64,000 nt of DNA from Eledone cirrhosa. Lineage: Eukaryota. The notes beneath the pieces are model-generated. The model did not search any database. It had not been told where the DNA came from and saw only the letters and a list, made by a program, of their open reading frames with translations. How positions within the stretch are numbered: position 1 is the stretch's first letter; each line of letters begins with the position of its first letter. Both the position numbers and the translations under genes were made by a program. Shown in pieces: positions 26,431 through 40,898 of the stretch. Where the stretch lies: positions 301,320,001 through 301,384,000 of the forward strand of contig OZ024741.1 of assembly GCA_964016885.1 (NCBI GenBank). Direction: 5' to 3'.

Positions 26431-28449
26431 ATAGAAACATTGTTTCCTCGGTCCGATTGGTGGATGAGCTCCACTCCACTCGTTAAGTGAATGAAGTATG
26501 GGATCTTGTTGATTGACTTTAAAAAATACTTGTTTGACCAATATGGCTGCCAGCTGCAAGTTATAATGTACAGTAAATTATATGAGTTACAAGAAAATAT
26601 ATTCTTTTAATTTAAAGTCTTTCTTTGATGTGAAGAAAGGTAGCTACATATTTCGCAATATTTCTAGTTACGGCCTGCTACTTTCCATTCTTCACTACCT
26701 TTTCTAATGATTTTTTACTGTCTTTTACTTGATATGATTTACAATTTCTGTAATATTCATCTCAAATCTTGTTCCGTTAGTAGAATAGATAAGTTTAGTT
26801 TGATGTGTGTATAGATTTCGACGTTCCAGCTGCAAGTAGCAGATCCGCATTCGATTTTCGTAGTCTGTCAAGAAGCACTCAATGAGACATGTTGCCACCT
26901 TAACACTACAACAATGTGTGTGACTGTTTGTGTGTGCAAGTGCGTGTGTTTTTGTGTTCATGTCTGGGTAAATATTCAGTTATTGAAATTCTTCCTTGGA
27001 ATTCATTGAAATAGCAATGTGTGCCTCGGTTATTTCAGATGATACTGATGATTTGCCAAAAGAAATTTGCTGATTTTCAGCTGCTGTTTAAACTTACAGG
27101 CTCCTGGCATTTTCTCACATGTATAACCTTTTTACAAATAGTTCATATCTTCTTCTTCTTCTTCTTCTTCTTCTTCTTCTTCTTCTTCTTCTTCTTCTTC
27201 TTCTTCTTCTTCTTCTTCTTCTTCTATCTCTAGCTGATGATTGGAGGGAAGCTGACCTCTCAACTAATACGTTGCTGTCGGTGCCGCTGGATGAAGGACT
27301 CTGATGATGATGTTCTCCCAGGCTTGAATGTTATTTAATGAGAACATATCTTTTCCTTCACATTTAAACAAGAATAATATATTTGTCCTTCGTTATTTTC
27401 TGTACTATTTCTATAGGTCTCTAAAAGTGATCTTGCCACAAGTTTCTTCCAGCGCCATATTTCTGGTGGAAATAATGTTTGGAATCTCTAGCTGATTCTG
27501 TGCTAGACTATGAACATTTTCGCCTCCTAAATAATCTGCTAATTACTCGTGACACTGTGGATGTGTTTCCGCGTGAAACTAACAACAACGTTTGCAGTTT
27601 CCTAATTAGTGTATACCAAAACTTCTTATATTTCTATATTCCTCTTCGTGCTGACAATAAAACTTCTTTGGAACAAAACACGATAGTATATCGGAAGCTG
27701 ATGGATATGTGTCGTTCTTACATTCAAGTAGATTGATAAATAAACTATTGCAACAAGAAAAAAAAGGAGAAACCATTTTTTAAAGAAAAAAAGGGACAGT
27801 GCCGCGGCTCATAAAGTTGTAAATGCCAATGCCAGAATTATGACATGTGTACATACATAACAAACCCAGAACTCAACTACAGAAAAATGTACTTATATTT
27901 GATGCTAATGTTCTTTTCACGATTCCTTCAATCTTTTTAACGAATGCAATCTATATATCTGAAAATATATATGCTTTTCTGAATTTCAGTTCTTTCCTTT
28001 TTCTCAAATCACTGCTTTCTTTTAATAATATATTTGTAGTTCATCTATATACAAGCATGGGATTTATGTATGCATATTTTTGAAGGGGGCAGTGGAGTGA
28101 AAGATCCCTAGTCTTCATTAAGGCACCTCTCTAGGAGAAGGTTACTCTGATATAAAACCTGCGACTTCGTGTGCATTTAATAATGTAGAGCAGTTCTACT
28201 TTTTGGGTAAATGCATTCGATGGTCAGGGAGTGGGATTGGTCTCGTGCAAAGCCTTTCCTCACATAAAAAAGTTTCTAGCTCAGGCATTACTTGATATGT
28301 GACACCTTTTGGGGCGCATGGATGGTTGGCCAGAGACAAGGCCACGTCAGTGCTGCTCATTCTTAACTATCAAGCGACAGAATTACTCGAAATCGAGCTG
28401 CAGCCCTGTGTGTATGTATGTGTGTAATTATGTATGTATGTATGTCTAA

Positions 28450-28730
28450 AGTCTAAAGTCTGTCTTAAGCCAGAAGGCTAATTTGGCCGGTGCTTACCCC
28501 GGATTCATGGCGTGAATCGACTGAGAGTCCATCGCAGGGTTAAATCCCTATATATATACATATATATATATTCACGCCATGAATCCGGGGTAAGCACCGG
28601 CCAAATTAGCCTTCTGGCTTAAGACAGACTTTAGACTATCTCTTACTAGTATGCTACCTTTTCAACATATTATATATATATATATATATATATAATATGT
28701 TGAAAAGGTAGCATACTAGTAAGAGATAGT
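28450..28730. repeat. Two abutting perfect inverted repeats (28450-28517/28570-28637; 28635-28730) with (TA)n in the loops
   Basis: Direct reverse-complement match by eye. Confidence 0.85.
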
Positions 28731-29539
28731 GCGCCATCAATAAAAGAGGGAAAACACCAGTGTATGGAATCCATAACCTATGAAAGGCAGGGTAGACACA
28801 CGATAATTAGAAATATAAATTAAAGTTTATATACATACCTCTATAACTATATAACACACACGTACAAATCCAAAGAGATCGCCAAAAAGTTGATGACTGA
28901 AATGAAATAGCCCATGGTTCATCAGCGTGTGTAAGGCTATACATTTCACACAACTCTAAGAGAATCTAAAGCGACCTTCCAGCTACACGCGGGAGAGAGA
29001 TGTCACAGCATGTTTAGGGCCGTGAACCAGTGGTCTCTGAGGGACGAGCTGCTAGAAAGGGCAGCCCAAAGCCACTCAGAGAAGTGTGCTCAACCAAACA
29101 GAGAGAGAGAGGAAAGACTGTTATAAGGAGCGAAATATCACGATAAATTAACGGAGCCACAGACTCTCGCTATTCCCTGTCAATAATGTGCTCAAAGGAG
29201 AAGGAATCCTGAGCTCTTTAAAATACAATATGTTGAAAAGGTAACACACTGGAGAGAGATAGTGCGCCATCAATAAAACGGAAAAACCACCAGTGTATGG
29301 GATTTGAGCACATTATTGACAGGGAATAGCGAGAGTCTTTACTTCGTTAATTTATCGTGATATATATATATATAGATATGTCCCAAGGCTCTGATACCAT
29401 CAACACTATAAACACAGAGCTGGCATATCTAAGAACAGACTAACTACCTGATGAGGTCATAGCCATTCAATGGCTATCATCGAAATATATATAACAGTAA
29501 ATAAAGGATTATGAGTTCATGCAATTGACTTATGTTTCG

Positions 29540-29661
<122 letters not shown>

Positions 29662-29702
29662 GATAAATATACACGGGTGTGTATGATTGTGTATAGAAGA
29701 TT

Positions 29703-30015
29703 ATATTAATAAGAGGAATTCCAACTTTGTCTGATTTACTCGTTTTATTTACAATCCTTTAAAATTTATAATGGTATTATAATGAAATAGTATGATAGAA
29801 TATTAAATTCTAAGTGTTAATTGAACAAGTACTTTCATGCTTTCGCAATCTTCAGGTTCATAATATGTGGTGACAGTCAAGTTTGCAATTTTCAACTTGT
29901 TCAATTAAAACTTAGAATTTAATATTCTATCATACTATTTCATTATAATACCATTATAAATTTTAAAGGATTGTAAATAAAACGATTAAATCAGACAAAG
30001 TTGGAATTCCTCTTA

Positions 30016-30022
<7 letters not shown>
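29703..30022. mobile_element. Fold-back cassette (128-bp arms) with HHR-like motif 29822-29860 minus
   Basis: UGAAC-CUGAAGA-U-UGC gaaa GCA-U-GAAA-GUAC-UU-GUUCA. Confidence 0.75.
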
Positions 30023-30050
<28 letters not shown>

Positions 30051-30054
<4 letters not shown>

Positions 30055-30433
30055 GTTTGTAGTTGTAAGGCCAAAACAATGCAGGTATGGATATAGAATA
30101 TAAATGAAAATGCAAAAGATATTTTGACAATTAGTCTTTTACCTTAAATTTATTTAAATATCCTTAATTTTCGAGAAAATATCTCTTCTTCGGAGGGAAG
30201 TAACTTGGCAAGCTATTTAGAACGCTGGTTTAACCACTTTACTTCCCTCTGAAGAAGAGATATAATCTCGAAAATTAAGGATATTTAAATAAATTTAAGG
30301 TAAAAGACTAATTGTCAACAATATCTTTTGCATTTGCATTTATACTCTATATCCATACCTGCATTGTTTTGGCCTTACAACTACAAACGTTTATACCTCA
30401 TTACACAATGCTTCAAGTGAACTATAACTTCCT

Positions 30434-30436
<3 letters not shown>
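30051..30436. mobile_element. Fold-back pLTR cassette, same family as 10365; HHR at 30246-30280 (+, CUGAAGA) and 30162-30196 (-, CCGAAGA)
   Basis: Same arm end (aaacgt) and same 44-nt tail atacctcattacacaatgcttcaagtgaactataac as the copy at 10365. Confidence 0.85.
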
Positions 30437-30496
<60 letters not shown>

Positions 30497-30500
<4 letters not shown>

Positions 30501-30712
30501 TAACAGATTAAAGTTTAAGCAAAGAATCGCTGCTTTCACCCTTAACGGGATCTTCTGAAACTAAAAAAAGTCAATCTGTGAACGCAGAAGTAAATATTTC
30601 AAAACACGTTGCAACCGAAGGAAGACAGGAAGACGATACTTTGGTTCGTGGAAACGTTCCCTGGCAAAGAAGGAAAAAACACGAGGATAATACGTCATTA
30701 TTTGGAGCGGTG
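30497..30712 (-). mobile_element. pLTR fragment of the 35646/49220 PLE family; HHR-like motif 30512-30562
   Basis: Reverse complement of 37410-37620 and 50055-50265. Confidence 0.75.
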
Positions 30713-31254
30713 GAGGTAATAATAATGTAACAATAAATTCGGTGGTTTTGTTATTTTAGGTGAGTATTAATGAATGCAAATATAATTGATAAAGTGTGTA
30801 TAGTGTATATGTGTGTGATTGTGTATATTAATATTATACACATAATTACATACAGACACACAAATATACACAGCATATATATATTTAACAACATTCTACA
30901 CCTTAATAAAATCACAAATGCACTACAAGGATTCATATAATTATACACATGAAAACATAAACACACACATACACACAAGGCACTTTAACAATTATATTTA
31001 TGATTAAATCTTAAAGTAAAAACTTACAGACACCCGAGTTACTACCCCTGAATAACAACAATAACAAATTTAATATTACATTGCACTTATACATGAAATC
31101 AAATTAGCTATCTTGGTATTGCCTGAAAAATAAGCAACAGTAGCAGATATAGCTTCTCTATGACCTATGCTAGATTAAACTTTGAAACCTTAGATAGCAT
31201 GCAACTGTGTTGAAATATTATATACGATAACATATATATATATATATATATATA

Positions 31255-31555
31255 TATAAACAATATATAGAAACACACAGATACATGCGGACACATACAT
31301 ATACATGAATATATCCACATGTATCCTTGAATTAGTGGTGCCAACCTCAACCGATGTTGCTCTATGAATAACTGGGACAAAATAATCCGAATGGATTAGA
31401 TTTATTCAGTATCAGAGCTATATAATACATGATGAAGACAGAAGAAACATTAGATATGGTTGAGGTTGGCACCACTAATTCAAGGATATGTGTGGATATA
31501 TTCATGAATATGTATGTGTCCGCATGTATCTGTGTGTTTCTACATATTGTTTATA
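31255..31555. repeat. Inverted repeat (98-bp arms, 105-bp spacer) next to (TA)n
   Basis: 31255-31352 is the reverse complement of 31458-31555. Confidence 0.8.
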
Positions 31556-31810
31556 ACTCCCTTTGGTCGAGTAACCTTTGAAGTGTAGTGACTGCTGGAA
31601 AGCTACCATTACTCATTCTTCTCGCCACCTTAGCCACCTCTTCTACGGCTTTGATATAAGTACCCCCTCCGCCTCCGTGGTATTTTTTTCATGGTTATAA
31701 GGGGCTCAGCTCTGTTTCTTGACCGCTGTATCACGTGATGGACTCCCCCTCCGCCTTTCGGGATTCTATCTCGCGTCCTACGGACGTGTTTTGAAACTCT
31801 TAATGAGGTA

Positions 31811-31903
31811 TCCTCTTGATAAGTCGGCAGACCTCACAAAAATTCTATATCTCTGTGATGTAGTGTTTTTGCATAATATGCCACGAAACTACGTAGTCGA
31901 GGA
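31811..31903 (+). ncRNA. Type-I hammerhead, U3-A8 variant, apparently intact with GUC site
   Basis: UCCUC-UUGAUAA-GU(C)GGCA...UGCCAC-GAAA-CUACGUAG-UC-GAGGA. Confidence 0.85.
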
Positions 31904-31977
31904 GTAAAGAAGGAGTTTAGGTATGGTATATCTTATTATTAATTATATCTAATGTTTCTTCTCTCTTCATAATGTAT

Positions 31978-32073
<96 letters not shown>

Positions 32074-32792
32074 TTCTCATTCTTTCTCTCATACTCTGTG
32101 ATTATATATATATATATAAGCAAAGAGTATGAGAGAAAGAATGAGAATGAGACAAAGATGCCTGTGTATCTATGAATTTGAATTTATAATTTCGTGTGAT
32201 AATGGATTTAATATAGATTGTGGCGGCATGCTTGTGTATTTCTCAAAGGTATTAGATATTGAATGGAAGTTGATAGATCTCCACATGTGATAAAGTGTTT
32301 TGTAAGGCATTTGCATTTTGTATTTTATTGCATGTAGATAACTTTCATTGAAAGAGAATTGTTTAATCCGCTTTGTATTTTGAATTATTTTAATATATTA
32401 AAGAATAATATAAGTTGATCGTAAATATATATACGTTTCTATTAAACATATATATTCTGATATATCGGCTGGGGAATAAGACAACGGTTTCATATTTAAT
32501 ATAAATATAACGTGATAGTTTATTGTGGGAGTATTGACGTCATGTTTTTCAAAAATGCTATCCCTTGAGAACAAGCATTAAATAACATGTTTTATTGCAA
32601 AGAAAACGCACAAGAAAATTAAAACTGAACGTTGTTTAAAGAATCATGATTAAATTAGTACCACGTTTTATCAAAGTAGAGGCTCCTACTTACCATATTG
32701 AAGGTCTGAAGACACACAAGTCTAGCAGACACACAAGTCTCGTTCTCTCTTAATTCTCTCGATACTTTTTCTCTCTCTCATTCTTTCTCTCC

Positions 32793-32848
<56 letters not shown>

Positions 32849-32861
32849 GTGTGTATATCTA

Positions 32862-32965
<104 letters not shown>

Positions 32966-32982
32966 TGGGGGGGGGGGTGTAT

Positions 32983-33047
<65 letters not shown>

Positions 33048-34932
33048 GTTAATTCAAATTTATCTCTCACTCTACAACTTAGTTTAAGTTAATAAAATTT
33101 ATATGGATGTGAAATTATTAGAGTTTGTCACATATCGAACCAAATGAAACTAAATATGAATGCATGCTCTCTCTTATGTTGGAACAAACATTTTAAAGCA
33201 GATATGAATGAGATGTCAAGAAAGAATTCAAAATAAAGAACATGTAAAAATATGACTAGCATCTGCATAGAAATATATTTTATTTTAGTATTCCCATATT
33301 ATTTTTTTCTTCTAAATATTTTACTTTAAATTTTCTACTGTAAATCTCTCTGGTAAAGACAAATTATTTTTTTTATGTTTATGCGCATATTCACACCATA
33401 ATTCTATGCAAACTGAGTTTGATTACCGGCTACAAATTCTGAAAAGACTGTTTGAAATTTCCATTAGCTTATCATTCTTATAACATAGTAAACCGCTGCA
33501 TATTTCTCGCCCCAATTAACAGTATTATTTTATTAAAAGAACCAAGTACCAGTAATGTACTGGGTAATTGGTGGCCTTGTGCCAAAAGTAGAAACAATTA
33601 TTTTATTAAAAGAACATAGAGAGTTCGTTTTATGTAAAATATTACGTTAGAAATGAAACAATCTTAAATATAGTTTGTTTTTCTGAGAGGGAGTCTAATT
33701 GTGTTGTAGCTTAATTTATGTTATAATTTATATGCTATGTATCTGGGGTCACATGACTGTTAGCCTCGTGCCGTCAACCCCAATGATTGTTTACCTAGTC
33801 CTTGAGTTTTTATCATCTTCATTTCAAAACCTGTATAAGTAATTTTGTTTACAAGAATTATGCATTATTAAAATCATTATTGTAGCTAACACATGCAATG
33901 TCTATAGTTTAGGATATATAATGTTAGCTATATAAAAGCAGCAAACTTCATATACACGAAGAGAAATGTAATTAAATATATTTCCTTACAATTAGGTGAA
34001 CAATATTTCATATTCCAGATAATATATTTAATAGTATGCATACACTACAAAAGTGTTCAAGAATACGTTTAATGTCAAGTATATATTCTGATGGGAGAAA
34101 AGGTAGAATATTTAAACAGAAGCAATAATCCAACTCTTTTAATGACTTTGTATCTTATGACATACAAACAAAGCTGTGGGTAAAACGCTTTCAAGGATTT
34201 AGTTACGGCCCTTTACGTTGAGTTCAGATCCCAACGAGTTCAACTTTGCATTCATCTACTCGGAATCCAAAAAATGAAATACCAATCAAGTGTTGCAGTC
34301 GATTTAATCGAATTTCTTTTCACTCCAAAACTACAGATTTTTATATGCGAGTTTTAACTTTCAGACTCCCAGATAGATAAAACCAGCCTGCATTAGTCCC
34401 TCTTTATATCTTCCCCCACACAAATTATGGTCGTTTCCTTTTGGATAAAACAGCGAGGTGTATGTTTATCCGTATTTATATTCAAACTATATCATTTTTT
34501 TTTAATATTCAATACAACACGAAATTGAAAACTAGCAGACACTATCATATATGACTTTGTGACAGTGTAATTCTTCTTCTTCTTCTTCTTCTTCTTCTTC
34601 TTCTTCTTCTAGAGGGTCGTGGAGTCAGGATTCTCAAACACTACTTCCAGCCATCATCATCATCACCATCACCATCACCATCATCATCATCATCATCATC
34701 AGAAGAAGAAGAAGAAGAAGAAGAAGAAGAAGAAGAAGAAGAAGAAGAAGAAGAAGAAGAAGAAGAAGAAGAAGGAATTTACTGCTGGTTCATTATAAAT
34801 AATTTTTAGATTTCCTGTAGAGGTCTTATGTAAGACAGAGCACCATATATGTATTAAAAACACATATCTAGTAACCAATATATCGCGTATCTTTAACGGA
34901 CAGTGTTATTTACTGCAACAATATGTTAAATA

Positions 34933-35050
34933 ATTGTTTCTACTTTTGGCACAAGGCCAGCAATTACCCAGTGCATTACTGGTACTTTATTTTATCGCCC
35001 CCGTCAGGATGAAAGGCGAAGTTAACCTCGGCGGGATTTGAACACAGAAT
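34933..35050 (-). mobile_element. tRNA-derived SINE, 5'-truncated
   Basis: Matches the main SINE family. Confidence 0.8.
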
Positions 35051-35525
35051 GTTAAATAATATGAACAATATGTTAAATAATAAAATGTGATCTGCACTGT
35101 GATCTGAATCATGTAAATCTTGGTAGATCTAAATTAAGCCACCGTAATTTATTACGGAGTGACGGAAGAGACAATTTGCGGTTTATTTTTTTTCCTTCGT
35201 TCTTCTTTTATGGCGTTTCTATTTTAATCAAGAACAGTAGAGTCTAATGCAATTTCATCTTCTACCTTAATCCGAAATTTCCCCCAAATTACTTGATACA
35301 TATATTTGAAATTCTTTGGTGCATTTTGGTAACACTTGATTTCATTAATCATTGACACGTAGTAGCATAGAAGAAAATGATAGGATGTCTCCAGGAGCTA
35401 CTGGTATGACTATTTTTATACCTAGATAGATGTACGTGCGTTGTAGCCTTTAACTGTACTCTAAACTTGTCTTAATTTATTTATAATCCTTATTTCTTTT
35501 TGTTTCATGTTTTTACACACACACT

Positions 35526-35648
<123 letters not shown>

Positions 35649-35712
35649 ATAATAATAAATTTGAAGACTAAAATCCAAAGAGAGCTCGATAAGGATAGAA
35701 CCGTAGAACCCT

Positions 35713-37152
35713 ACGAAGTCCGATTTAGGTAGACTTAGTAAAAGGATTCTTGATAGAATTATACCTGAAATTAGAAATTTGGCCCCTCTTGCACTGTGGA
35801 ACAATTCTTTCGCGGTGATTGATTGGTTCAACGGCATATGCAACAAGGACCATTGCCGTTTTATCCAATTCGACATCAATAGTTACTACACCTCCATCAC
35901 TTTACCACTTCTCCTTAGAGCTATCAATTTCGCTAAAACACTCAGAGTGGTTAGGGATTTCGAAGTTGATGTCATCCTCAATGCCCGTAAGTCGGTGATT
36001 AATTTCGACGACTCTATTTGGATTAAAAAATCTAATAGTACCTCATTCAACGAATCGATGGGCGCCAGCGATTCTGCGGAGGTTACTGAACTTATCGGCA
36101 TGTTCCTTCTTTTCTCCATCAAGGAAGAATTCCCCAACGTGGACGGTGGTTTGTACCATGATGATGGTCTTTTGACCATGACTAAGTGCGGCCCACGTGC
36201 TTGCGACAAGTTCAGAAAAGAACTCACAGCTTTCTTTAAAGGCTTCAACCTCTCCATAGAGGTTGAGGCCAACCTCTCGGTCGTTAATTACCTCGAAGTT
36301 ACCCTCAATTTATCGAATGGCTTGCATTACGCGTATAGAAAGCCGAATGATACGCTTAATTACATAAGTAAGCATTCTAACCATCCTGCCACCATAACCA
36401 CGAACCTGGTAAGAAACTTTTCTTTGAGGCTTTCCTTTCTATCTACTAACGAGCATATTTTCAACCACCATTCCACATATTACAATGTAGCTCTTGCTCG
36501 GAGTGGATCTGTCGATAAGGTAGCATATACAGAGTACGAGAATAGACCTAGAAGAAATAGATCCCGACGCATTATATGGTATAACCCACCATATAATATG
36601 GAGGTGGCCACACCATTAGCTAAGATATTTCTCTCCCTTATTACGAAGCATTTTCCCCCTACACATAAATATAGTAACATTTTTAATAGAAATACTATTA
36701 GAATTTCTTACTCTACGACTCCTAACCTTGCACATAACATCACAGCTTCAAATTTAGCTAAACTACCTAGCCGTAGGAACACGTGCAACCCTGTAGTTAG
36801 TACTAACTATAATTGTAGGAATCGGGTTGACTGACCCCTATCCGGGAAATGCCTCTCTAGTAACATTGTCTACAAATGTAAGGTTGAAACACCCACGTCC
36901 CGTAGGGCCTACAAAGGGTTAACCGCCAATAGATTCAAGCAGTGTCTTTACATGCATACCCATTCTTTTCGTTACCCTTTAAAAAGGAATATGACGTCAT
37001 TTTCAGCTTATATCTGGAGTCTAAAAGACAACCAGACCCAATATAAGTTACACTGGGAGATCCTAGCTAGGGCTAGATCGTATAACGGAAATAAAAGACC
37101 ATGTGACCTCTGCGCCGTTGAGGCCCTGGAAATACTCTACACCAAAGACCAT
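35713..37152 (+). pseudogene. PLE RT + GIY-YIG ORF with one in-frame TGA (36832-36834) and a truncated C-terminus
   Basis: FIQFDINSYY, MGASDSAEVTELIG, GLYHDDGL, YRKPND...SNHP, WYNPPY, NCRNRVD*PLSGKCL..NIVYKC..AYKGLT, CDLCAVE. Confidence 0.88.
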
Positions 37153-37559
37153 TTTATTTACTTTATTCTTAACTCTGAAGCCGAGAATCATTCGGTTTCC
37201 TAGTTAGAGTTCTTGTCTACGACTTCAGTTATACCATTTACGTGGTTTTGTCTTTGCGCGTAATTGTTCTCCCCGCTCCATATATGACGTATTTTCTTCG
37301 TTTTTCCCGTTCATTACCAGAGAACGTCTATGAACTACCTAATAGAATATTAGTCTACGACTTCTTTTATACCATAAACGTGGTTTTGTCTTTGCGTGTA
37401 ATTGTTTTTCACTGCTCCAAATAACGACGTATTATATTCGTTTTTTCCCATTCTTTGTCAGGGAACGTTTCCACGAACCAAAGTATCGTCTTCCTGTCTT
37501 CCTCCGGTTGCAACGTTTTTTTGAAATATTCAATTCTGCGTTCACAGATTGACTTTGTT

Positions 37560-37610
37560 AGTTTCAGAAGATCCCGTTAAGGGTGAAAGCAGCGATTCTT
37601 TGCTTAAACT
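37560..37610 (+). ncRNA. Hammerhead-like motif with CAGAAGA core (also 50201-50251 +, 49235-49285 -, 30512-30562 -)
   Basis: AGUUU-CAGAAGA-UCCC guuaa GGGU-GAAA-GCAG..UUGC-UU-AAACU. Confidence 0.6.
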
Positions 37611-37620
37611 TTAACGTGTT

Positions 37621-37662
<42 letters not shown>

Positions 37663-37665
<3 letters not shown>

Positions 37666-37943
37666 GTATAAAAATCAATACAAAATAACCTCATTACCAG
37701 AGGTTTCCCGAATGAAGCGAATACGAAAGAAACGTCTTCATTCGTTCGTCAGACGAGGCAATATGATTGCCTCGTCTGACGAACGAATGAAGACGTTTCT
37801 TTCGTATTCGCTTCATTCGGGAAACCTCTGGTAATGAGGTAATTATATTGTATTGATTTTTATACATTAAATTTTGCTCTGATATTTACATAGAGGACTC
37901 TTCACTTCTATGACCTTTTCTGTTTCCAACGGAAATTTCAATA

Positions 37944-37946
<3 letters not shown>
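37663..37946. mobile_element. Fold-back cassette (~100-bp arms, 3-nt loop, ~78-nt tail) between (TA)n tracts
   Basis: Arms 37663-37762 and 37766-37868. Confidence 0.85.
37769..37840 (+). ncRNA. Type-I hammerhead ribozyme (mirror 37688-37759 minus)
   Basis: GCCUCGU-CUGACGA-A-CGAAUGAAG...CUUCAUUCG-G-GAAA-CC ucu GG-UA-AUGAGGU. Confidence 0.82.
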
Positions 37947-38002
<56 letters not shown>

Positions 38003-38756
38003 GACGTAAAATGAGAAAATCATAAAAATTAACTTACTTACTAAAATTTCACTCCAACTAATTAGGATCTGAAAGGGAATAAACATAGTTTCAAAATGGA
38101 AAGCATGGAGAAGCCGTTTCGTCATCAGGAAGTCTGTTCTCAGCTAAGTTACCAGGCGATGCGTGGACACAGGGAACTTATAAAAAAATAATTCAGTGGA
38201 TGGAAAAAGCAAGCGTGGACTAAATTCCAAGACATTGAAAAAATCACTGCCTACTTGGTCGGTGGCAAATTCAAAAGAATCAATCACGTGACATCGAGGT
38301 TAATCAGTGAGAAGTGGGGTGTTAAAAAGATAGTAGCCGAGCCATTACTATAGTAGCAGTTTTGGCAAATTTTTTCTAAACGAATTAATTTGCTAGCATA
38401 GGTATGCATCTGTATATATATATGTTGGTAGATATACTAATTCTTTATAATTATCTCCAAATTATTTTGTTGAGCAAAAATTTGAACTTAATGCGTAAAC
38501 ACAGAGGGTGGACCTCTTCCTTGTTGAAAATCCAACTATCGGCCTCCGTGGTTTACCATTCGATTAATTGGTGAAATATATTTCTTTAATGGAATATATA
38601 CAGGGAAGATTAATCATATTATAAGGTATCTATTTTTGAAGTTCTAGTTAACTTTCTTTAGTTACCCACTTTGCTATATGTGCTTGCACACTTGTAAAAA
38701 TTATCCCCTGTGATTGTGTTCATATGTTTATTTATATGTTAATCAATTTCTAGTTG

Positions 38757-38792
<36 letters not shown>

Positions 38793-38825
38793 GAACTGGA
38801 TCACAATAAGCAATGTTCTGCTTCC

Positions 38826-38931
<106 letters not shown>

Positions 38932-39013
38932 TAATAATAACCACTATCCAAGGAATACTTCAACTGATAAGGTATGTTCCTTGGCTATGTCAAAATTTAT
39001 AGAACACACTTTG

Positions 39014-39075
39014 TATTTAATCTGATGAAAGAGTACCAAAGTTTTTGGTACCCTTGAAATATATATAATAGAATA
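39014..39075 (+). ncRNA. Type-I hammerhead ribozyme
   Basis: UAUUUAAU-CUGAUGA-AAGAGUACCAAA guu UUUGGUACCCUU-GAAA-UAUAUA-UA-AUAGAAUA. Confidence 0.78.
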
Positions 39076-39659
39076 AATATGGTTTTATAAATATAGTTTC
39101 CATGTATTTAATAGCATTGTATAAATATATATATACTAATATATATATTTATATATATATATATATATGTGTGTGTGTATTTTTACGTAGGTTTTGGCTT
39201 AGATATGTACATTTATATATTAGGCATGACGTAATGCGTGTGGCGTGTGAATCTCCATGCATGTGTATATATATATTATATGCATTTATTTTTATATATG
39301 CATATAAAAATATGCTTCATATGTGAAAACCATGTAAACTGACATGTTTCTTTGTAAAGCCACGAAGTAAGAATACATATATGAATAAGACATCGAAGAA
39401 ATACATGCAAACAGGCATATGCAATAAAGCTAGAAACACAAAATAGAATGTGATACCTAATAATGTGTAGCTGACATTGATATCATCAGATCGATTCAGA
39501 GGATTTACTGATTAATAGCATAAATGTATTATTGTATAAGAGATAATAACGGAATATAGATGATAAATGCTTTTATTCCTACGATAATAGGAAAGAATGC
39601 CGTAATATTTTGTTTTCACTATTTCATTTATTTCGTATGAATACACGTACACAAACACA

Positions 39660-39691
39660 CACTTATATATACATATATGTATGTGTGTGTG

Positions 39692-39756
<65 letters not shown>

Positions 39757-39765
39757 GTGTATATA

Positions 39766-39808
<43 letters not shown>

Positions 39809-39823
39809 AAGTATATATGTATA

Positions 39824-39912
<89 letters not shown>

Positions 39913-39927
39913 AAGTATATATGTATA

Positions 39928-39977
<50 letters not shown>

Positions 39978-40058
39978 TATATGTATATATAATAATATAT
40001 ATGTGTGGGTGTGTGGGTGTGGGTGTACGTGTGTACGTGTGTGTGTGTATATATATAT
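39660..40058. repeat. Compound (TA)n/(TG)n microsatellite, representative of more than 40 (TA)n, (CA)n, (GA)n, (TTC)n and (GATA)n tracts in the window
   Basis: Seen directly. Confidence 0.95.
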
Positions 40059-40857
40059 CCTAAATGCCATAAACGTGTGATGATCTCTAACGAAAAAGTA
40101 TGAATCATATCTGAAAGGTTTTTATTGATAAAAAAAAGCACATTAACGGATAAATAAGGCAGAATGCGGTTGTTTTCTATCAGAATTCTATACATCCTCA
40201 TAAATGGAAGCTAAATAATTTAAGTGCGCCTATTTATGTGCTTATATGTCTTAGCTTGTAAATCATTTTTCTTTTCTTTAAGATGTTATGATATTAGAAT
40301 ATCTCAATATTCTGTTATTTCTCAATTAGTTTTCTATTCTAAAAAATTATCATATGATCTTCACGTTGATGCACAGCTGTAGGATGGACAATATTGTATA
40401 AAATTCTTAAAATCTCCCACAACTACCTTAAAAACCAGACCGATTACTTCGGAGGTTGATTCAATACTTGTAGTTTTAAACAATTTGATTTAATTTTATA
40501 ATATGATTTGGTAGATCTAGTAAGTTCTTTGTTAACTTCGGTGGGAAGATTTTTAAAGATTCCTGGTTAACTTTCCTGGAGAATTTTCTCGCATTCGTCG
40601 GTGGCGAATGTCAAACTGAGATCAGGTTGTGTTGTGATGTGTGACTCTATGTATAAGAGAGATTTGGATGTGTCTTGTTAATGAGTGTGGGAGTGAAGGA
40701 ATGTTGATGAAGATTTAAAGGAATTAGAGTATATGTATATACTCTAATTGTATATATATACTCTATATGTATATACACACATAAATCCATTCTGAAACAA
40801 TGGAATATACCACCAACAGCGGGATAGCACATTAGTCATACATTTTCCTATATATAT

Positions 40858-40898
<41 letters not shown>

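Noticed and set aside
26430-27740. Coding-like unique sequence on the minus strand
   Set aside because: Multiple stops and no recognisable domain; needs a homology search.
28854-28931. Minus-strand ACACACG-CUGAUGA...UA-CGUGUGU
   Set aside because: Stem I is good but GAAA is missing (probable small deletion), so it is not called as a ribozyme.
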